Assembly (NCBI GenBank): GCA_963700285.1
Contig: CAVOXA010000001.1
Location: 1,504,001 to 1,568,000 of the forward strand
Origin: an uncultured Chloroflexia bacterium
GTDB lineage: Bacteria > Chloroflexota > Anaerolineae > JAAYZQ01
Length of the DNA stretch: 64,000 bases
Direction: 5' to 3'
In this document: piece by piece, positions 63,867-64,000 of the stretch
Position numbering within the stretch: the first letter of the stretch is position 1
How the letters are laid out: each line of letters starts with the position of its first letter
Translations under genes and position numbers: made by a program
The notes under the pieces: generated by a model
Seen by the model: the letters and a program-made list of their open reading frames with translations, nothing else
Told to the model about the DNA's origin: nothing
The model's database searches: none

Positions 63867-64000
63867 ATGAAGATAGAGGAGCAAGTAACTGCTTGGCTGG
63901 CCCAACAGGATACCGATATCTATGTGGTCGGTGGCACAGTGCGGGACCGGTTGCTGGGACGCCCAGTCTACGACCTGGACCTTGCCGTGGCCGGTGATGG
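63867..64000 (+). CDS. CCA-adding enzyme / poly(A) polymerase family, 5' partial
   Basis: MKIEEQVTAWLAQQDTDIYVVGGTVRDRLLGRPVYDLDLAV; absent from the ORF track. Confidence 0.88.
   Translation, partial: MKIEEQVTAWLAQQDTDIYVVGGTVRDRLLGRPVYDLDLAVAGD

Overview
GC-rich bacterial chromosomal window, most consistent with Anaerolineae/Chloroflexota (inferred from PT-rich secreted proteins, NBR1-Ig/META/LCP/GT39 content and C-terminal LP-x-x-x-R tails). No rRNA, tRNA, CRISPR array or intact transposase was seen. Contents in order: a DeoR-controlled sugar cluster; a ~16 kb minus-strand block of surface proteins with three paralogous amino-acid-binding-protein/NBR1-Ig/Cys-Ig fusions but no ABC permease; MscS, PIG-L deacetylase and an NHL protein; a HEPN-MNT pair between two decayed genes; two non-pyrrolysine MttB homologs; a STAS/SpoIIE/RsbW module; an IscR-like/nadA/rhodanese/HtrA run; two sensor kinases; gdhA; and an M28 peptidase, amidohydrolase, GT39 and partial CCA enzyme. 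The most striking observation is a rhodanese lipoprotein that the ORF track truncates. It reads through two in-frame TGA codons in its active-site loop (Y-U-T-U-P), followed by a SECIS-like hairpin, making it a candidate di-selenocysteine enzyme. Many genes carry single-base frameshifts that look like assembly errors. Several others are genuine deletion remnants.
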